A stretch of 64,000 bases of DNA from Eledone cirrhosa. Taxonomy: Eukaryota. Position numbers and translations under genes: made by a program. The DNA lies in assembly GCA_964016885.1 (NCBI GenBank), contig OZ024741.1:130262001-130326000 (forward strand), given 5' to 3'. Positions 29,451 to 43,225 of the stretch are shown piece after piece. The notes below the pieces were generated by a model. That model searched no databases. It saw nothing but the letters and a program-made list of their open reading frames with translations, and had not been told where the DNA came from. Position 1 is the stretch's first letter. Every line of letters begins with the position of its first letter.

Positions 29451-30083
29451 AAAAGAAAAATGAGAGAAAAATAGATAGAATGATATGTATAACGACATCT
29501 TTTAACTAATTATTTGAAATCCCTCCTTGCCTTTTCGTTTTAAGATAATTTTATTTCACTGAAAGACCTCAGCCATAATAATTTTCTAGTGCCAACCGAG
29601 ACAAACGGAATCTCGTTATAGCTTCCTTTGTGTTGTTGAGACGCTATTACATAAACTATATATTATTGAAGTTCTTATGTTGTTGATATTGTTGTTGTCG
29701 TTGATGATGTACTAGTTGCTTTTTGTTTTCGTTGTTGTTGTTAATGAGGATGTTTTTATTGCGATGTTGTGGTTACTGTTGTCCCAGTTGCTTTTTTGCT
29801 TTTGTTGTTGTTGATGTTGATATTTTTGGTGCTGTTGCATTTGTTAGCGGTGTTGTAGATGATGCTGTTTTTGTTATTGGTTTTGCTTCTGTATATGCAC
29901 AAACAAACACACACACAAGTACACTCACACACACGCGCGCGCGCGCGCGCACGTACACACATATATATATATATATGTGTGTATATATACATAGTCCAAT
30001 ACAACTTTCTTGGCGAGGAAGATTATCTTTGTAAACCCATCAAAGAGCGGACAAACTCAGAATAGTCAGCCGTAATCCATATA

Positions 30084-30195
<112 letters not shown>

Positions 30196-30411
30196 CAAGT
30201 GGAAGGTTAGTAAAATCGAAGTTATGGCAATCGGCCAAACCCACGAAGTAACAATTTGGGTTTGCACGAAGCACTCAATAAGAATGTATCGATGAATCGA
30301 TAGGCTACACCTTAGAGTAAGTAACATACGTTAAATATCGTGACAAATTGAAAACAGTGGCTATGGGACATAGCCACATAAGCCGCCACAACAACGAAAA
30401 TACAATCAGGT

Positions 30412-30484
<73 letters not shown>

Positions 30485-31240
30485 ATAAATATATAAAATC
30501 TAGAGCTGTATTGGTTTTGAGAGCTACAGAGGTAAGTCTTTCGACTGCATCGTGTCACCTGGTTCATGAATTTGGGCTAAAATCTTGTGGATGGCGCCAA
30601 ACTTTGGAATAATTGAGAAATTTAGAATGTTTGCTAGATGGCCATAAACGTTTGGCCATGTTGGCCCCACCCCACATATATATATTCATTTTATTAAGGG
30701 TAAATAGTGAGTCTTTTTACTGTAGACTTTCACCTGTGAGAAGCAGGCGAAACTCCAGAGCAACAAGACTCCCTTATTTAGCCTTGATAAAATGAGTATT
30801 TAAACTCTACTTCAGTATTAAGTACACTTTTCTTTCGGCTGCCAACTACATACGGATATATATATATATATATATATACGTTCTAACTGCCAACAGACTA
30901 TGAGAACAATGTTTTCAATATTTGTGAAGATTGACAAACCAAATCGAAACAGGAAATATTTGACAAAATTTAAACCCATTTCATGTAACAATTATACAAA
31001 ATATTCATTTTATCGTCCTGTCGGATTAAAGAAATAAATAATCTTTAAATATACTCCTGTTCTTTTTCCTTTAATCTTTTTGCACACACACACGCACACG
31101 CACGCACGCACACACACGCACACACACACACACACATATATATATATACGTATGTATTTACATGTCTATGTAACTCCACATGTGACATTCTTACTTGAGA
31201 TTTTGTAGTATCCTCGTGTTTTGCTTGTGATTCTTGTTAA

Positions 31241-31482
31241 TTTAAACCCTTTTGATGCAAAACCACCCGTGACTGCCCTGCTTCTATGATATGTATAACT
31301 GTCTGTTCAAAAGTGTTTATTAATTAATTTTATGTTAGAACCTTTGTTAAACTTTGCTCCAATCACCTATGTAATAATAAAAAGTCAGTTACATTACTAA
31401 ATATCTCTAAATTGATTATTTTCAAGGTGATTTGAAAACTCCCGGCTCAATCTTTTATGAGAAATATGATAAAACATGTTAA
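31241..31482. mobile_element. Possible piggyBac-like MITE, decayed
   Basis: Starts ttaaaccctttt, ends aaaacatgttaa. TTAA-like flanks and weak TIR similarity. Confidence 0.4.
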
Positions 31483-31774
31483 GAGCTTCAGATATCTAAA
31501 GAATGTTGCTCTTGACGTATAGATACATTTATTTTTACAAATAATCAACACCATCCCAATTTCAATAAAACATTAATTGAAATGAGAGTTCGAAAATAAA
31601 AATTTTTTTGCCAAATCCGGGGCCAATTGAAATTGATGTTGGGAAATACTAATCTATGCCGATATCTGGCATATTACTCAGACCCACAGAAAATAATTCA
31701 GAATAGTTTCTGATTCTTTCAGAACAATAATTAATTGCCAGTCAGGTATCTTCTTTAAGGTATATGATGAGTTT

Positions 31775-33085
31775 TAATTTAGACACAAGGCCAGTTGTGG
31801 GAAGGGGAATGTCGATTACAGTGACCCCCAGTAGCTACAGGTACTTTATATTTTCATGTCCGGAATAATGAAAAGCAAATTTGACCTCGGCAGGATTTGA
31901 ATTCAGAAAGTTAAAAGCCTTAACCAAATAACATGAAATACTTTGTCCGACAACAATAATACAGGGGTTAGTTATTTCCCACTCTTCTAATAAACGTCTA
32001 ATATATAGAGGCCCCTCTTGCTGACCAGGGCAATCAAAGTGTAAACTATCATACAAACCTTCATAATCTGCATTTTCAAACTTGCATATCATCGATATTG
32101 CTATTTCGCTGTTAATAAACAACGCTTTTCACGTCGCTCCACTTCTCATTGTACGCCGTCCAGCCCCAAGTGCATATTTCTATTTTTTCCCCTGAAACTC
32201 CTTCTTTATAATAAACTTTCAATCATATTTTTCAAATTATTAACTTAATAAAAAGTGGCCCATGGTGCAACCGGGCTCAGCTGCTAGGTATATAATTGTT
32301 TCTATTTTAGAGACAAATCAGCAATATGAAGGGCATGGCAAGACAATTAAATCGACCCCAGTGTGTAACTGGCATTTTATTGTTTGAATTTCGTAAGGAT
32401 GAAAGGCTAAGCTAACCTCGTGAGATTTGAACCCCAAAATATAAAGAGTCGAAACTATGTGTCAGGAGACATTTTGTCCGACGCTCTAACGATTCTGCCA
32501 ATCCACCGCGCTATAAGCTATATAATTGTTTCTACTTTAGGCACAAGGCCAGCAATTAACCAGTGCATTACTGGTACTCTGATTTAGCACGAGGTGAATC
32601 ATTTTTGGGGAGGAGAAAGTCGATTAAATCGACCCCAATGCGTTAAGGTATTTTATCGACCCCGAAAGACAAAACTAACCACAGCAGGCTTTGAACTAAG
32701 AACGTAAAGGGCCGTAACTAAATACCACGAGACAGTGTGTCCGTTGCTCTAATTATTCAACCATTCCACCGCCCTATAAGTTACATAATAGAATACATTT
32801 GTATAAGATCCGATGCAGCGCGATCAAAACCAGTATCTTATAATTGCAAAGAAAACTTAACGCCCCCACCCCTATTAAAATGATGATTATATTGGCGATG
32901 ATTATTATGAGGTAATGGTCTTTAGTATCGCGGCAAATTGGAACAAAGTTGTTAGAACGTCGGATAGATTACTTTGTGGTATTCATTTCGACTCTGTTCC
33001 CTGAGTTCAAATCACGCCTAGATCAACTTTGCCTTTCATACATTCGAGATCGGAAAAAAGTACCACTTTAGTACAGGGGTAGATT
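31775..33085. mobile_element. Cluster of family 1 SINEs (about 4 minus-strand copies or fragments, one plus copy at 32930-33085)
   Basis: Repeated family motifs (gatttgaa, ggatgaaagg, ctgccaatccaccg, gagttcaaatc). Confidence 0.8.
31997..32287 (+). mobile_element. Short non-autonomous Helitron-like element
   Basis: 5' TCTAATATATAG, 3' hairpin gccc...gggc followed by ctgCTAG. Confidence 0.5.
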
Positions 33086-33519
33086 CTTCTTCTATCTCAC
33101 TTCCTTTCTCTCTTTCTCACTTCTTTCTTTCACTCTATCCTTCTCTGGAAGAAATCTGCTGGATTCAGAGGATATGGGCTCTACTAGCTTTTACAAAATG
33201 CTCTAGAAACGCCGTACGTCTATCCGTCCCTGTGACTCCCCAGGAAATACGGATCCATACTGTACATACAATGGTCTTTATTGTATCACAGCGTGGTAGG
33301 GCCATCATTTGCTTCGATAGGGACACGATATAGCATGGAGAGAATAAAGGAAGGGGTAGAGAATTCGACGTGACTGCGCTAAATTTTATCGATGTTGAAG
33401 GGATTAGTAGGAAGATATTTTGCCTCGGTGCGATTCGAACGCAGAGTTCAGAGCCGAGACAAATACTGCATGACTTTCTTTTCGAGTCTGTAAACGAATC
33501 TGTCAATGCAGCGGATTAT

Positions 33520-33920
33520 GGTGATGGTTTTGGTGGCGGCGGCGGCGGTGGTGGTGGTGGTGGTGATAGTGGTGGTGTTAGTGATCGTGGTGGTGGTATT
33601 GATGGTGATGTTGATAATGGGGTTTGCGTTACTGCTTGTCGTGGTGGTGGTGGTGGTGGTGGTGGTGATGGTGTGCGATGGTGTTGGTGGTGTTGGTGAT
33701 AGTGGTGTTGGTGATGGTGATGTTGATAATGGGGTTTGCGTTACTGCTTATCGTGGTGGTGGTGATGGTGTGCGATGGTGTTGGTGATAGTGGTGGTGTT
33801 GATGGTGATGTTGATAATGGGGTTTACGTTACTGTTTGTCGTGGTGGTGGTGGTGGTGGTGATGCGATGGTGTTGGTGGTGGTAGCGATGGTGATGATGA
33901 TGACAACGACGACGTTGATG
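33520..33920. repeat. (GGT)n-based compound repeat with three ~90-110 bp units
   Basis: gatggtgatgttgataatggggttt.cgttactg recurs at about 33601, 33712 and 33801. Confidence 0.85.
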
Positions 33921-34121
33921 ATGATTATGATAATGTTTTTTGGTAGACTATTGATAGTGGAAGAGAAGACTGTGGATAGGAAAGTGGGCTGTGAGGTGAA
34001 CGTGGGACAAGCATCTTATTATCTGATAAGTAAGCATGTAGTCTAAAGCCTTATTTGTAAGATATAAATAGGTGTATGTATCTATTGTATATATGTATTT
34101 GTGGGTGTGTGCGTGTATATA

Positions 34122-34178
<57 letters not shown>

Positions 34179-34762
34179 TATATATATTTATATATACATT
34201 ATAACACACACACACACATATATATGTGTGTGTGCATATATAAAATATATATTCACACATATATATATAATATATATATATATACACACACACAAATATA
34301 TATATATATGTGTGTGTATGTATTATATATATAAATATAGATATATACACACACACATATATATATATATATATAAACATACATATGGTGTATGTCTGTT
34401 TGTATATGAACCCCTGACTGTGTATATGTTCTCTTCTATTCTACTTATTTATTTCTATTTTTTATTTTCCCAAACTCCCAAGAACGTAAAAGTTGTTTTT
34501 ATCGTCTTCCTTTCATAGAAATTCAGGCAATAACAACCTGATAGGATTACAAGCAAAACTTTCGTAGTATCATGTATATTTTTATATATTTCCGATTATA
34601 GAAGAGAATTGTACAACACTGATTAACGAATAATGTTTCTCTCTGGTTACTTGAAACGAAACAGCCCCAGCTACCGTCTGAAGGTTACAGTTTAAACCCC
34701 TGACCCGATAATATATAACGTATTTTTGTTCTTTATCATGTTGTTATTCTTTGGCCACCTGA

Positions 34763-35425
34763 AGGATGGCATATCGGTAGAGAGTCGGACAACATGCTTT
34801 GCAGCATAGAGTTACGTCCCTTTACGTTTGGTGTTCAAATCCCGCCGATGTCAGCTTTGCCTTTCATCCTTACGGGCTCGGTAAAATAAAGTACCGGTCA
34901 CGCACTGGGGTCGATTTAATCGACTTTCCCCTGCCCAAAAATTGTTGGCCTTGTGCCTATATACGAAACCTGAAGGCGGTGGATTGGCAGTATCGGTAGA
35001 GCATCAAACAACATACTTTGCGGCATAGAGTCACGGCTCTTTACGTTTGGTGTTCAAATGCCTTCGAGGTCAGCTTTCCCTTTCATCCTTACGGGATCGG
35101 TAAAATAAAGCGTTTTAAACGATTTTCCCTTCCCCTATAATTGTTGGCCGAAATCACAAACTATTATTCTTTGGCCTCCGAAACAGTATTTATTGAATTC
35201 TAATTTTGCACAAGTATAGCAAATATACGGAACGGGCAAATTTGATAAAAAAAAACCAAAAAAAAAAACCAACCCACTACATAACTGGTACTTTATTTTT
35301 CCAAGCACGGAAGGGTGAAATGCAAAGCCTACTTCGATGGGGTCTGAAATCAGAATGTAAAGAGTTACCCCAAATACAGCAATGGCATTTTATCCGACAC
35401 CCTGCTATTTCTACCAAACCACCAC
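34763..35425. mobile_element. Two tandem plus-strand family 1 SINEs and one diverged minus copy
   Basis: A/B boxes at about 34768/34832 and 34986/35052, and minus-strand motifs at 35285-35420. Confidence 0.8.
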
Positions 35426-36524
35426 GCTACAACAAAAATATCACCAGCACATCACCACAACATTACTATAACACCACCACCACAACACCATTGCCAACAT
35501 CATATCACACCACAACACTACCACCACAATCACAACCACAACATCACAACCACAACATCACAACCACAACATTAACAGCGCAACGACATCATCATAACAT
35601 CACCACTACAAAACCACAACAACATCCCCGGCACAACAACACCACCACAACATCACCATAATATTAGCACACACCATAACATCCCCACTACAACATCACC
35701 ACTGATGTAGGAATAGAAATAGAGCGAAGACGTGGCACGTCTGTAGGCCAGAGTCTGGAGTACGTTTGTGAAAGAGATCATGCCAAATGGCCGAATGGAA
35801 TCTGTGTTTGACAGTGCAAAATGAAGTTCGGATTTCAGATCAGCAAATTTGAATGAACAATCGCTATACAACAACAATTTTGAATTATTTTTCTAGTCGA
35901 ACAGAATAATACGTATATCCACATAGATCATTATATCCTAAAGTGAGTTTGAAGGAACCCCAGTTTACACATTTAACCCCAGGGAGTTCATGAGAAAAGA
36001 TAATAAAATTTAAGTAAAATTTAAGTAAAATTTTACATGAATATATCCTTGTTCTGACATAATATATATTTCCGTTGATCTTTTAGATATTGGGACATAT
36101 TTGTAAAATATATGTATGGGTTCTGCGATAAAATAAATTTGGCAATCGCTGGTATATACAAGATCATGGAGAAACAGTAATCACTGAAATGATCACCTAC
36201 GTATTTCCATGTGGTTAAAACAACACCCGAAAAAAAAAAAAAATCGAAACCATACACTTAAATGACCACTTATATCGGCATCCTGGTTTGACCTTTTTCC
36301 AGGTGTTGTTTTAATCATATGGAATCAGAAAATCCATAGAAAGGCGTAGGCAATCAGTTAATCGAAATATCTGAATGTTTTTCTATGGTTTCTTTGTGTA
36401 GTAGGTGTTCGGAATTTTTTTCAGTTGTTGTTTTAATCACACGAAATGTGTATACCCATGGAAAGCTGTAGGTTGTCCTCTCAGTGTTTAATCCAGTAAA
36501 TCTCTATGATTACTTTGTCTATAC

Positions 36525-36738
36525 CAGTGGCTCCCAAATTTACATATGTTTTATAAATATCATCCACTCTCCCTAATTCAATAAAACATTGAAATAAAAC
36601 ACTGAAATTTAAAAAAAATTACTCATGAAAAACAAATTTTGATTATTTTTTTTAGAATTGCACCCTATCACATAAAATATTTGAATTATAGTTTTACAGA
36701 ACCATTATACTCCTTGAAACTCAATTGGGAAATACTGA
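36525..36738. mobile_element. Possible hAT-type MITE
   Basis: Imperfect TIRs cagtggctcccaa / ttgggaaatactg. Confidence 0.45.
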
Positions 36739-36827
36739 TTTATACCGATATCTCTCATTTTACAATCTTAAACTTTCGTAAACTAAACGGATACATGAAT
36801 GGGAATATGGCATAGGAGGAGTAAAAA

Positions 36828-37040
36828 TAATGGTTTCTGATTTAGGCAAAAGGCCAACAAATTTTGGGGAGGGGAAAGTCTATTAAATCGACCGCAGTAC
36901 ATTATTGGTATATTATTTTAACAACCCCATATAAAAGGCAAAGCTAACCTCGGCGGAACTTGAACTCTGAACGTGAAGGAATACAACTATATGTCACAAA
37001 GGTTGCTGTCTAACGCTCTACGTGTACTGCTAATCCACTA
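36828..37040 (-). mobile_element. tRNA-derived SINE (family 1, long subfamily)
   Basis: Full family organisation on the minus strand. Confidence 0.8.
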
Positions 37041-37277
37041 TCCTCCAATAAATACCAATAAATAATCTGTGCTCTGCGTATGATAAAAAAGATCAGGAAA
37101 AAAACAATAGCAAGGTTCCCAACATTACAGGCAAGTGTTGCAAATATATCATGACTGCGCACAAGCCTCATTCTACACAATAAAATTTGAATTAAATAGC
37201 ACAGCTCACACAATATACTTTCTACACAACCCTAACCTACCAATACTATAACACAACTTGGGATGTAATACCGTAAG

Positions 37278-38135
37278 TTTCAACAATGGATATTCCAATT
37301 GTTCGATCGACGGAATAACTTGTTCATGAAATTAACATGCAATGGCTGTGCATCTAAACACGCGTGTACCTTAATGCAGCGCGACACAGTATGTGACAAG
37401 TTTGGCCCATTAAATTACAAGTACAACATCATCAAACTATCATAAAACAACAATGGAATGGTTGCTGTGCAGTATCGCATCGCTCTAGGTTGGAGAGTTT
37501 TCAACAGGAACAAGGATGTACTAACATCAAAACGAGTTTCCTATCATTTTAAGGCTAACATCATCGATACTTACATCCTACCAGTTGTGTTATATTGACT
37601 GTGTTAATTGGACGACAAGGTCACTTCAGAAGCTCTCTACATTCCAGAACCACATCATGAGGCTTATGACTCAGCGACCGTATCGGTATCAGGGAGCTGC
37701 TCAACATTACGAGACTTAGACCAATAACACCAGTTGTCGAGTTAAGAGTACTCAAACTACACGGTCATATAAAAAGATCAACTCGTGGTGTGAGTAGGTT
37801 ATGCCAGGAAGGAAGGTTGGCTGGTAAGAGAAGCAAAGACCTGCAACCAGAACGATGGCTTGATAATGTCAACTTATGGACTGGACTTAATCTTGCTCTT
37901 TGAACTCTGCTGCTGGTGATCAAACTTTGTGGAGAAAAATATCTCATGTTGATGCGCAGTCTGCAACGGGCGGAGTTTAGCGTCACAAGAAGAACAACAT
38001 ATTTTTGCCAATGGAATTGACTGGAGCAATGTGAAATACAGTACTCGTCTCATGAAAACAATACACGGCCGTGAATCCAACTCAAGACCTTACGATCGCA
38101 AACCGAATAACGTAACCATTGAGTCAAGAGTCTTC
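37278..38135 (-). mobile_element. SINE family 2 split by an RTE LINE insertion
   Basis: Halves 37278-37429 and 37994-38135 are colinear with 20440-20720. Confidence 0.65.
37430..37993 (+). mobile_element. 5'-truncated RTE-like LINE with 7-bp target-site duplication
   Basis: AVQYRIALGWRVFNRNKDVLTSKR...TYILPVVLY...FQNHIMRLM...LHGHIKRS...EGRLAGKRSK...RWLDNV, short (AAG) tail. acaacat at 37423-37429 and 37994-38000. Confidence 0.8.
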
Positions 38136-38339
38136 CCATAACACTATTTATACAACCCATATACTAACCAATTACATGTCAATATTATAAAACCATATAC
38201 AACAACTTCTAAACGAACATCATTAAATTATATAACTCAACTCATGAAACAATATTCTAGAACATTTACGGTGTTTGTTAAATGGCAAAAGTGAGCAATT
38301 ATACGTTTAGTACGTTGGTATGCTGATTAATAGTATATA

Positions 38340-38407
<68 letters not shown>

Positions 38408-38619
38408 TTAGTATGTGTGTATGGATCGATGTATATATATATATATCTATATATATATATATATAGATATACACTAAAATACTATTAATCATCATAAAGG
38501 ATAAAGATCCCATAATTAGTAGCGGAGTCGTAGAGGCACCGTCATGCGGCGTATCTAGGGCATTTTAAAACCTGGTGAAGCCCAACCCTCTGCACGTCCG
38601 ATTTTTTCTATAGAGGAAG

Positions 38620-38780
38620 AATTGACCCCAGTACTGGAATGGCACTTCTTTTTATTGGCCTCAAAAGCATGAAAGGTAAAGTTGACCACGGTGGGATTTG
38701 AACTCAGAACGCGCAATGAGGTGGGACGAATACCGTAAAACACTCTATCCGACTTCTTTACGACTGTCAATTCGCCGCCT
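38620..38780 (-). mobile_element. tRNA-derived SINE (family 1), diverged
   Basis: gaccccagtac...gaaaggtaaagttgacc...gggatttgaactcagaacg...aattcgccgcc. Confidence 0.7.
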
Positions 38781-39002
38781 ATATTAATCAACATACCAAC
38801 ATAATAAACGTATATTTGGTCCCTTTTGTCATTTAACATCTCTGTAAAGGGGTATTTTACCCGAAATATAAGGATTACTTAAATAATACTAAGAAAGGTA
38901 ACATTTCAAAATCCTTGTTATGACTATTTAATGTTCTATCTGCATTGCTACACTCATCTATAACTCACTATGTAAGTTGAGATGATTTAATTTTATATTA
39001 AA

Positions 39003-39936
39003 CTAGCAGTAAAGCCCGGCGTTGCTCGGGGTCGCTCAGTAGCTGTGTTAAAGTTACAATGTTAAGTTTCTTTTTTGGCTTAAAAACTGTAGTGTCTACT
39101 GTGCAGACTTGCATGTGGTGTTTTTGATTAATATTCCCTCAACCAACAATATGCCTTATGAAGTTAAGAAAACATAACGATAACCCGAATGTTATAACAA
39201 AAGAGGATGCTGGGGATAGAAACTGCACTGGTTATTTATTAACAAAGATCGAAAATGTAAACACTGCAACGCAGAGAAAAACATTAGCGTAACCAAATTA
39301 TCAGTTATGTCTGGCTGCACGCCTATATCACCTCTCTGCACGACTGTCTGTCTGCACGCCTATATCACCTCTCTGCACGACTGTCTGTCTGCACGCCTAT
39401 ATCACCTCTCTGCACGACTGTCTGCCTGCACGCCTATATCACCTCTCTGCACGACTATCTGTCTGCACGCGTATATCACCTCTCTGCACGACTGTCTGTC
39501 TGCACGCCTAACGACGAAATATTTGCTTGTTTTACGTAGTCTTTAAATAGACTTGTTTTCAAGTAAAAATATTGTTTTAAAATGCTTTTAAATGGAAATG
39601 AAGCAAAACGGAAGCTTAGTGTTCGAACTGATGAATTTTACAGGTCAATATTTTGCTGGCTCGACAACTGTTCGTGTATTGTAATTTTTTACGTAAGACG
39701 CTCAATGTAAACAGAACAAAGGGAAATAACTGATCACTTACGCTCAAAAATCGATACATTATATTCGATTTCGTCAGATAGGGTGGGTCAATTTGAAATT
39801 TTTTTTTTTCCGATGTCTTCGCTAGGGCTCAATGTACAAGTCTCGCAATTTCGGTGCAATTCCGTGAGAGATTCTAAGAGGAGATGTGTGCCAAAAATCG
39901 ATAGACAGACAGACAACCACAGTTTTATATATATAG

Positions 39937-39937
<1 letters not shown>
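39003..39937 (-). mobile_element. Non-autonomous Helitron
   Basis: Minus strand reads A|TCTATATATATAAAACTG...(GTCT)n...ccgagcaacgccgg hairpin...ctgCTAG|T, giving the AT target with no TSD. Confidence 0.9.
39308..39510. repeat. 37-bp minisatellite inside the Helitron, about 5.5 copies
   Basis: gtctgtctgcacgcctatatcacctctctgcacgact repeated. Confidence 0.95.
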
Positions 39938-39985
<48 letters not shown>

Positions 39986-41050
39986 GGAAGATGGACATTG
40001 TTTGGTGTTCCCAACTTGCATGCTACACCGTTCATCCAATTTTCATGAAACCTCACGCATATATAAAACTCAACGCGTAGAGTGGAATAGGCTACTTGAA
40101 ATTTTCGAAAAATTGATAATCGGGCCCTATGACAGAATGTTTTTCGATTCCAATGAAATTTTATGTGAATTCGAACACAAGAACTCTTAGTTTACATCTG
40201 GCGCAATAAAAATAAATTTCATATGCCCATATAAGGACGTGCGTTATTGATTGGACGACCAGCTGCATGTCTTCCCAGCTGTCTCAGTAAACGACCGACC
40301 ATTAAAGAGTTTATCTTTTCATATTCCACCTTATTCAAGTGGAAATACAGTATTATCCCTATCTGAAAAGGGAACCAAATTTAATGGTGTCTTTTGTGAT
40401 GCTAAAAGCTGTGATTAAATTTTCAAACAGTCTTAAATAATCATGCTTTTTGAAAAAAAAAATGACTAAATAATACGTTGACCAAGTTGTATTGTACACA
40501 TACAAAGTTGTAAAAAATGTTACTTCCGTACCAATGTTTTCCTTTTTTAAACAAAAGATTCTAAAAAATTACTTAATTTATAATACAGTCTTTTGCACAG
40601 GAAGTGAGTAACTTTTCGGGTGTTTAAACGTAAGTTCACCAGGGTTTGTGTCTTCATTATTAGCCCACCTCTAATGGGAACTTTTTTTTCTGCTTACCAC
40701 TAAATGTTATGAGCGTATTTGCAATTTAATTGCGCACACGTGCACACCTGCATGCAGATAGACACTGACAGCCAATAAAAAATCGATAACTTGCTTATTA
40801 AGATAGCGGTCAAAAAGAGAGATTGAATGTACTTTAGAACATTTTTTGAATATATTGTTCTTTTTGGCATGATATGTCAGAAATATAGCTACTATACACT
40901 TTCGTTATTTTTTGTAACTAAAAAACGGTTCCTTTTGGGTGGATACTTAACGAGAAAAATCCTAGGGTTTTGGACAAGTTTGTTTCAGGCGCTGTATAGA
41001 CGCCTATTTTGTCACACCTTGGTCATGAATTCGTATTCTTTTCCAATAGA

Positions 41051-41305
41051 TATTTTCCGCTCTATAAGGCTCACCAGGATATAAGGCGTATCATTTAAAA
41101 TCAGGTCCGCGCAACGGCGTGTAAGGCCAACCAGGAAAATGCTATCTTCTTTACTTTTAGTCTAGATCTATTACTTCTGTTAGAGCCGTGATTGATTACC
41201 ATTGTATTATTTATAAATAAGGCTCACCGGAGTATAAAGCGCAGAGCTGTTTTTTGATTAAATTTAATTATTTTAAGTGCAATTTATAGACCGGAAAATT
41301 CGGTA
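41051..41305. mobile_element. Tc1/pogo(Tc2)-type MITE nested in the Helitron
   Basis: Imperfect TIRs tattttccgctctataaggctcac / gtgcaatttatagaccggaaaattcggta and internal ataaggctcacc repeats. Confidence 0.6.
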
Positions 41306-41427
41306 AGTTATTGTAATCATATTTCCAAACCTTCCCATTCACTAGTAACCATGCTAACGAATCTGGTTTCATCTCTCTCTGTATTTAATCACCTCTCTCT
41401 AACCTAACAGCTTCGTTACACGTCGTT

Positions 41428-41986
41428 ATGACCACACGGAAACGTTCAAGACTTACCTCCAAAAAAGGTACAGCTACTGCTTTGAGACAACGAATTAGGC
41501 GTTCTCAGGTATGAGTTCATTCACAATTGATTAATCCTTTATGCAATATTCTCCCTTAATGTTAGCAAGTACTGCGTTTATCCTAACTGTCACCACTTTT
41601 AAGCAACTACAACATTCTAATCGTAGTTATATTAAATTTATTGTCTTACCTTGATTCCCTTTTGTTCATGTTAGACTTTTCTCATTTACTATTGACACTG
41701 CCATTGGCTTAGCTAACCAGTAGAATTAATTAATTTTCTCTAGGAAACACCTGCTGAGCGCGAATCTCGACTCGCTGATAGACGTCTTTCCCGGCTGGTT
41801 GTGTCACCAACATCACGTACGACAAGGCTTGCTGATGTTCGCCTTCGTCACCAACAAGCGCTGACGGAGGAATCACCAACATCCCGTCAGACGAGGCTTG
41901 AGGCTGTGGCAAAGGGCAATAACCCGAGATACAATTTTGATCAACTTTTTTTCACCTATAGCAAATTTACCGAGACAGGTTTTTAG
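41428..41986 (+). CDS. Predicted two-exon 107-aa protein with STPR-like 23-aa repeats (Helitron Rep/Hel N-terminus-like)
   Basis: Exon 1 41428-41508 MTTRKRSRLTSKKGTATALRQRIRRSQ. Phase-0 GT..AG intron 41509-41743 (donor CAG|GTATGA, branch gctaac, acceptor ttttctctag). Exon 2 ETPAERESRLADRRL...SPTSRTTRLADVRLRHQQALTEESPTSRQTRLEAV...stop at 41986. Expression unknown. Confidence 0.55.
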
Positions 41987-42487
41987 CTACTCAAATCTAC
42001 TTCAGAGATCACGCATTGATGTAAAAAATCAATAAAACTGAAGCGGGGCTCGACTTTGCTCAAAAAAACAAGGCAAAGTTACACATGGGAAAACTTTTTA
42101 CAGGAACGTCCTATATTCTTGAAAACTATCACAAAAGACTCGCCATTATGCCGCGGTTAAGATAAAGACCCTTTTAATTCTTCTGCACATGTGAGCGCAA
42201 AAATTGTAAAAAAAAAAAACCCTGAAAGTAATCGACATTTTCACCCCGCTTTAAATTAACTGAACATTCAATATCAAGCGATTTTGACTTCCGTCAGTCG
42301 TGCAGAGAACAATTTCAACGATACACTGTGTAACTACAATTAATAAATTACACACCTGTGTCTACTAACTTATTTTTTTTCATTGAAGTTCGAAGTTTTG
42401 AACCTGTGATGCGTTGGAAGTAACTTTCACACATTCTAACAGACCAAAGGTCGACTTACACCCGGGCAACGCCGGGTACTTCTGCTA

Positions 42488-42537
<50 letters not shown>

Positions 42538-42675
42538 ACAGGGAGAAAGAGACGATTATTAGGAAGAAAAAAAAAATGTTTTCACTTTTTTTTATTTCTC
42601 TTTCTCTCTCTATCCTGGGTTAGAAAATGATTAGAACGAAATGTTTTACTTTGTGTGAAGTGTTAAGGTTTTAGT

Positions 42676-42720
<45 letters not shown>

Positions 42721-42751
42721 AACGTAATATATATATAAGTGCTTCCTTAAA

Positions 42752-43225
42752 ATGCCACACCTGGGCGAGAATACCACCAACGCTATCCGCAAGGCTATAC
42801 GGAGGGAGGGCCTCGACATCCACCTGGCCCACTCGGGCCCCTCCCTGCGAAGATGCCTCTCCAGGAAACCCGGAAAATCAACTGAGGCGTGCTCCCTCAG
42901 AGACTGCCCGATACGCCATGCGAACTGTTGCCTACGCACATACGTCGTGTATAAGATAAAATGTGACAGGTGCAACCAATACTATATAGGTAGCACAATC
43001 CGACCTTTGCACATCCGGATCAAGGAACACACTAAAACCAGGGCCCCGTCTTTCCGGAAACACATAGACAAATGCGGAAACAAAGACGGAAGGCCCATTG
43101 TCACAATTCTAGCGACTGAAAGAAACGTCAGCACGTTACGTATCAAAGAAGCGCTTTTTATCAAACCCCCGACACCGCAAATAAACAATCGATCCGAGAG
43201 AAGCGAAATGAGGTGGCTGGTTTAA
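42752..43225 (+). pseudogene. PLE C-terminal GIY-YIG endonuclease domain (open frame, 5'-truncated)
   Basis: CxxxxCP...C...VVYKIKCDRCNQYYIGSTIRPLHIRIKEH...H...LRIKEALFIK...IN. Confidence 0.9.

Larger units (their letters stand above)
39975..42488 (+). mobile_element. Non-autonomous or internally deleted Helitron (~2.5 kb)
   Basis: 3' hairpin cccgggcaacgccggg followed by ctgCTAG|T at 42488. The 5' end merges into (TA)n and its position is inferred. Carries an STPR-repeat mini-ORF. Confidence 0.7.
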
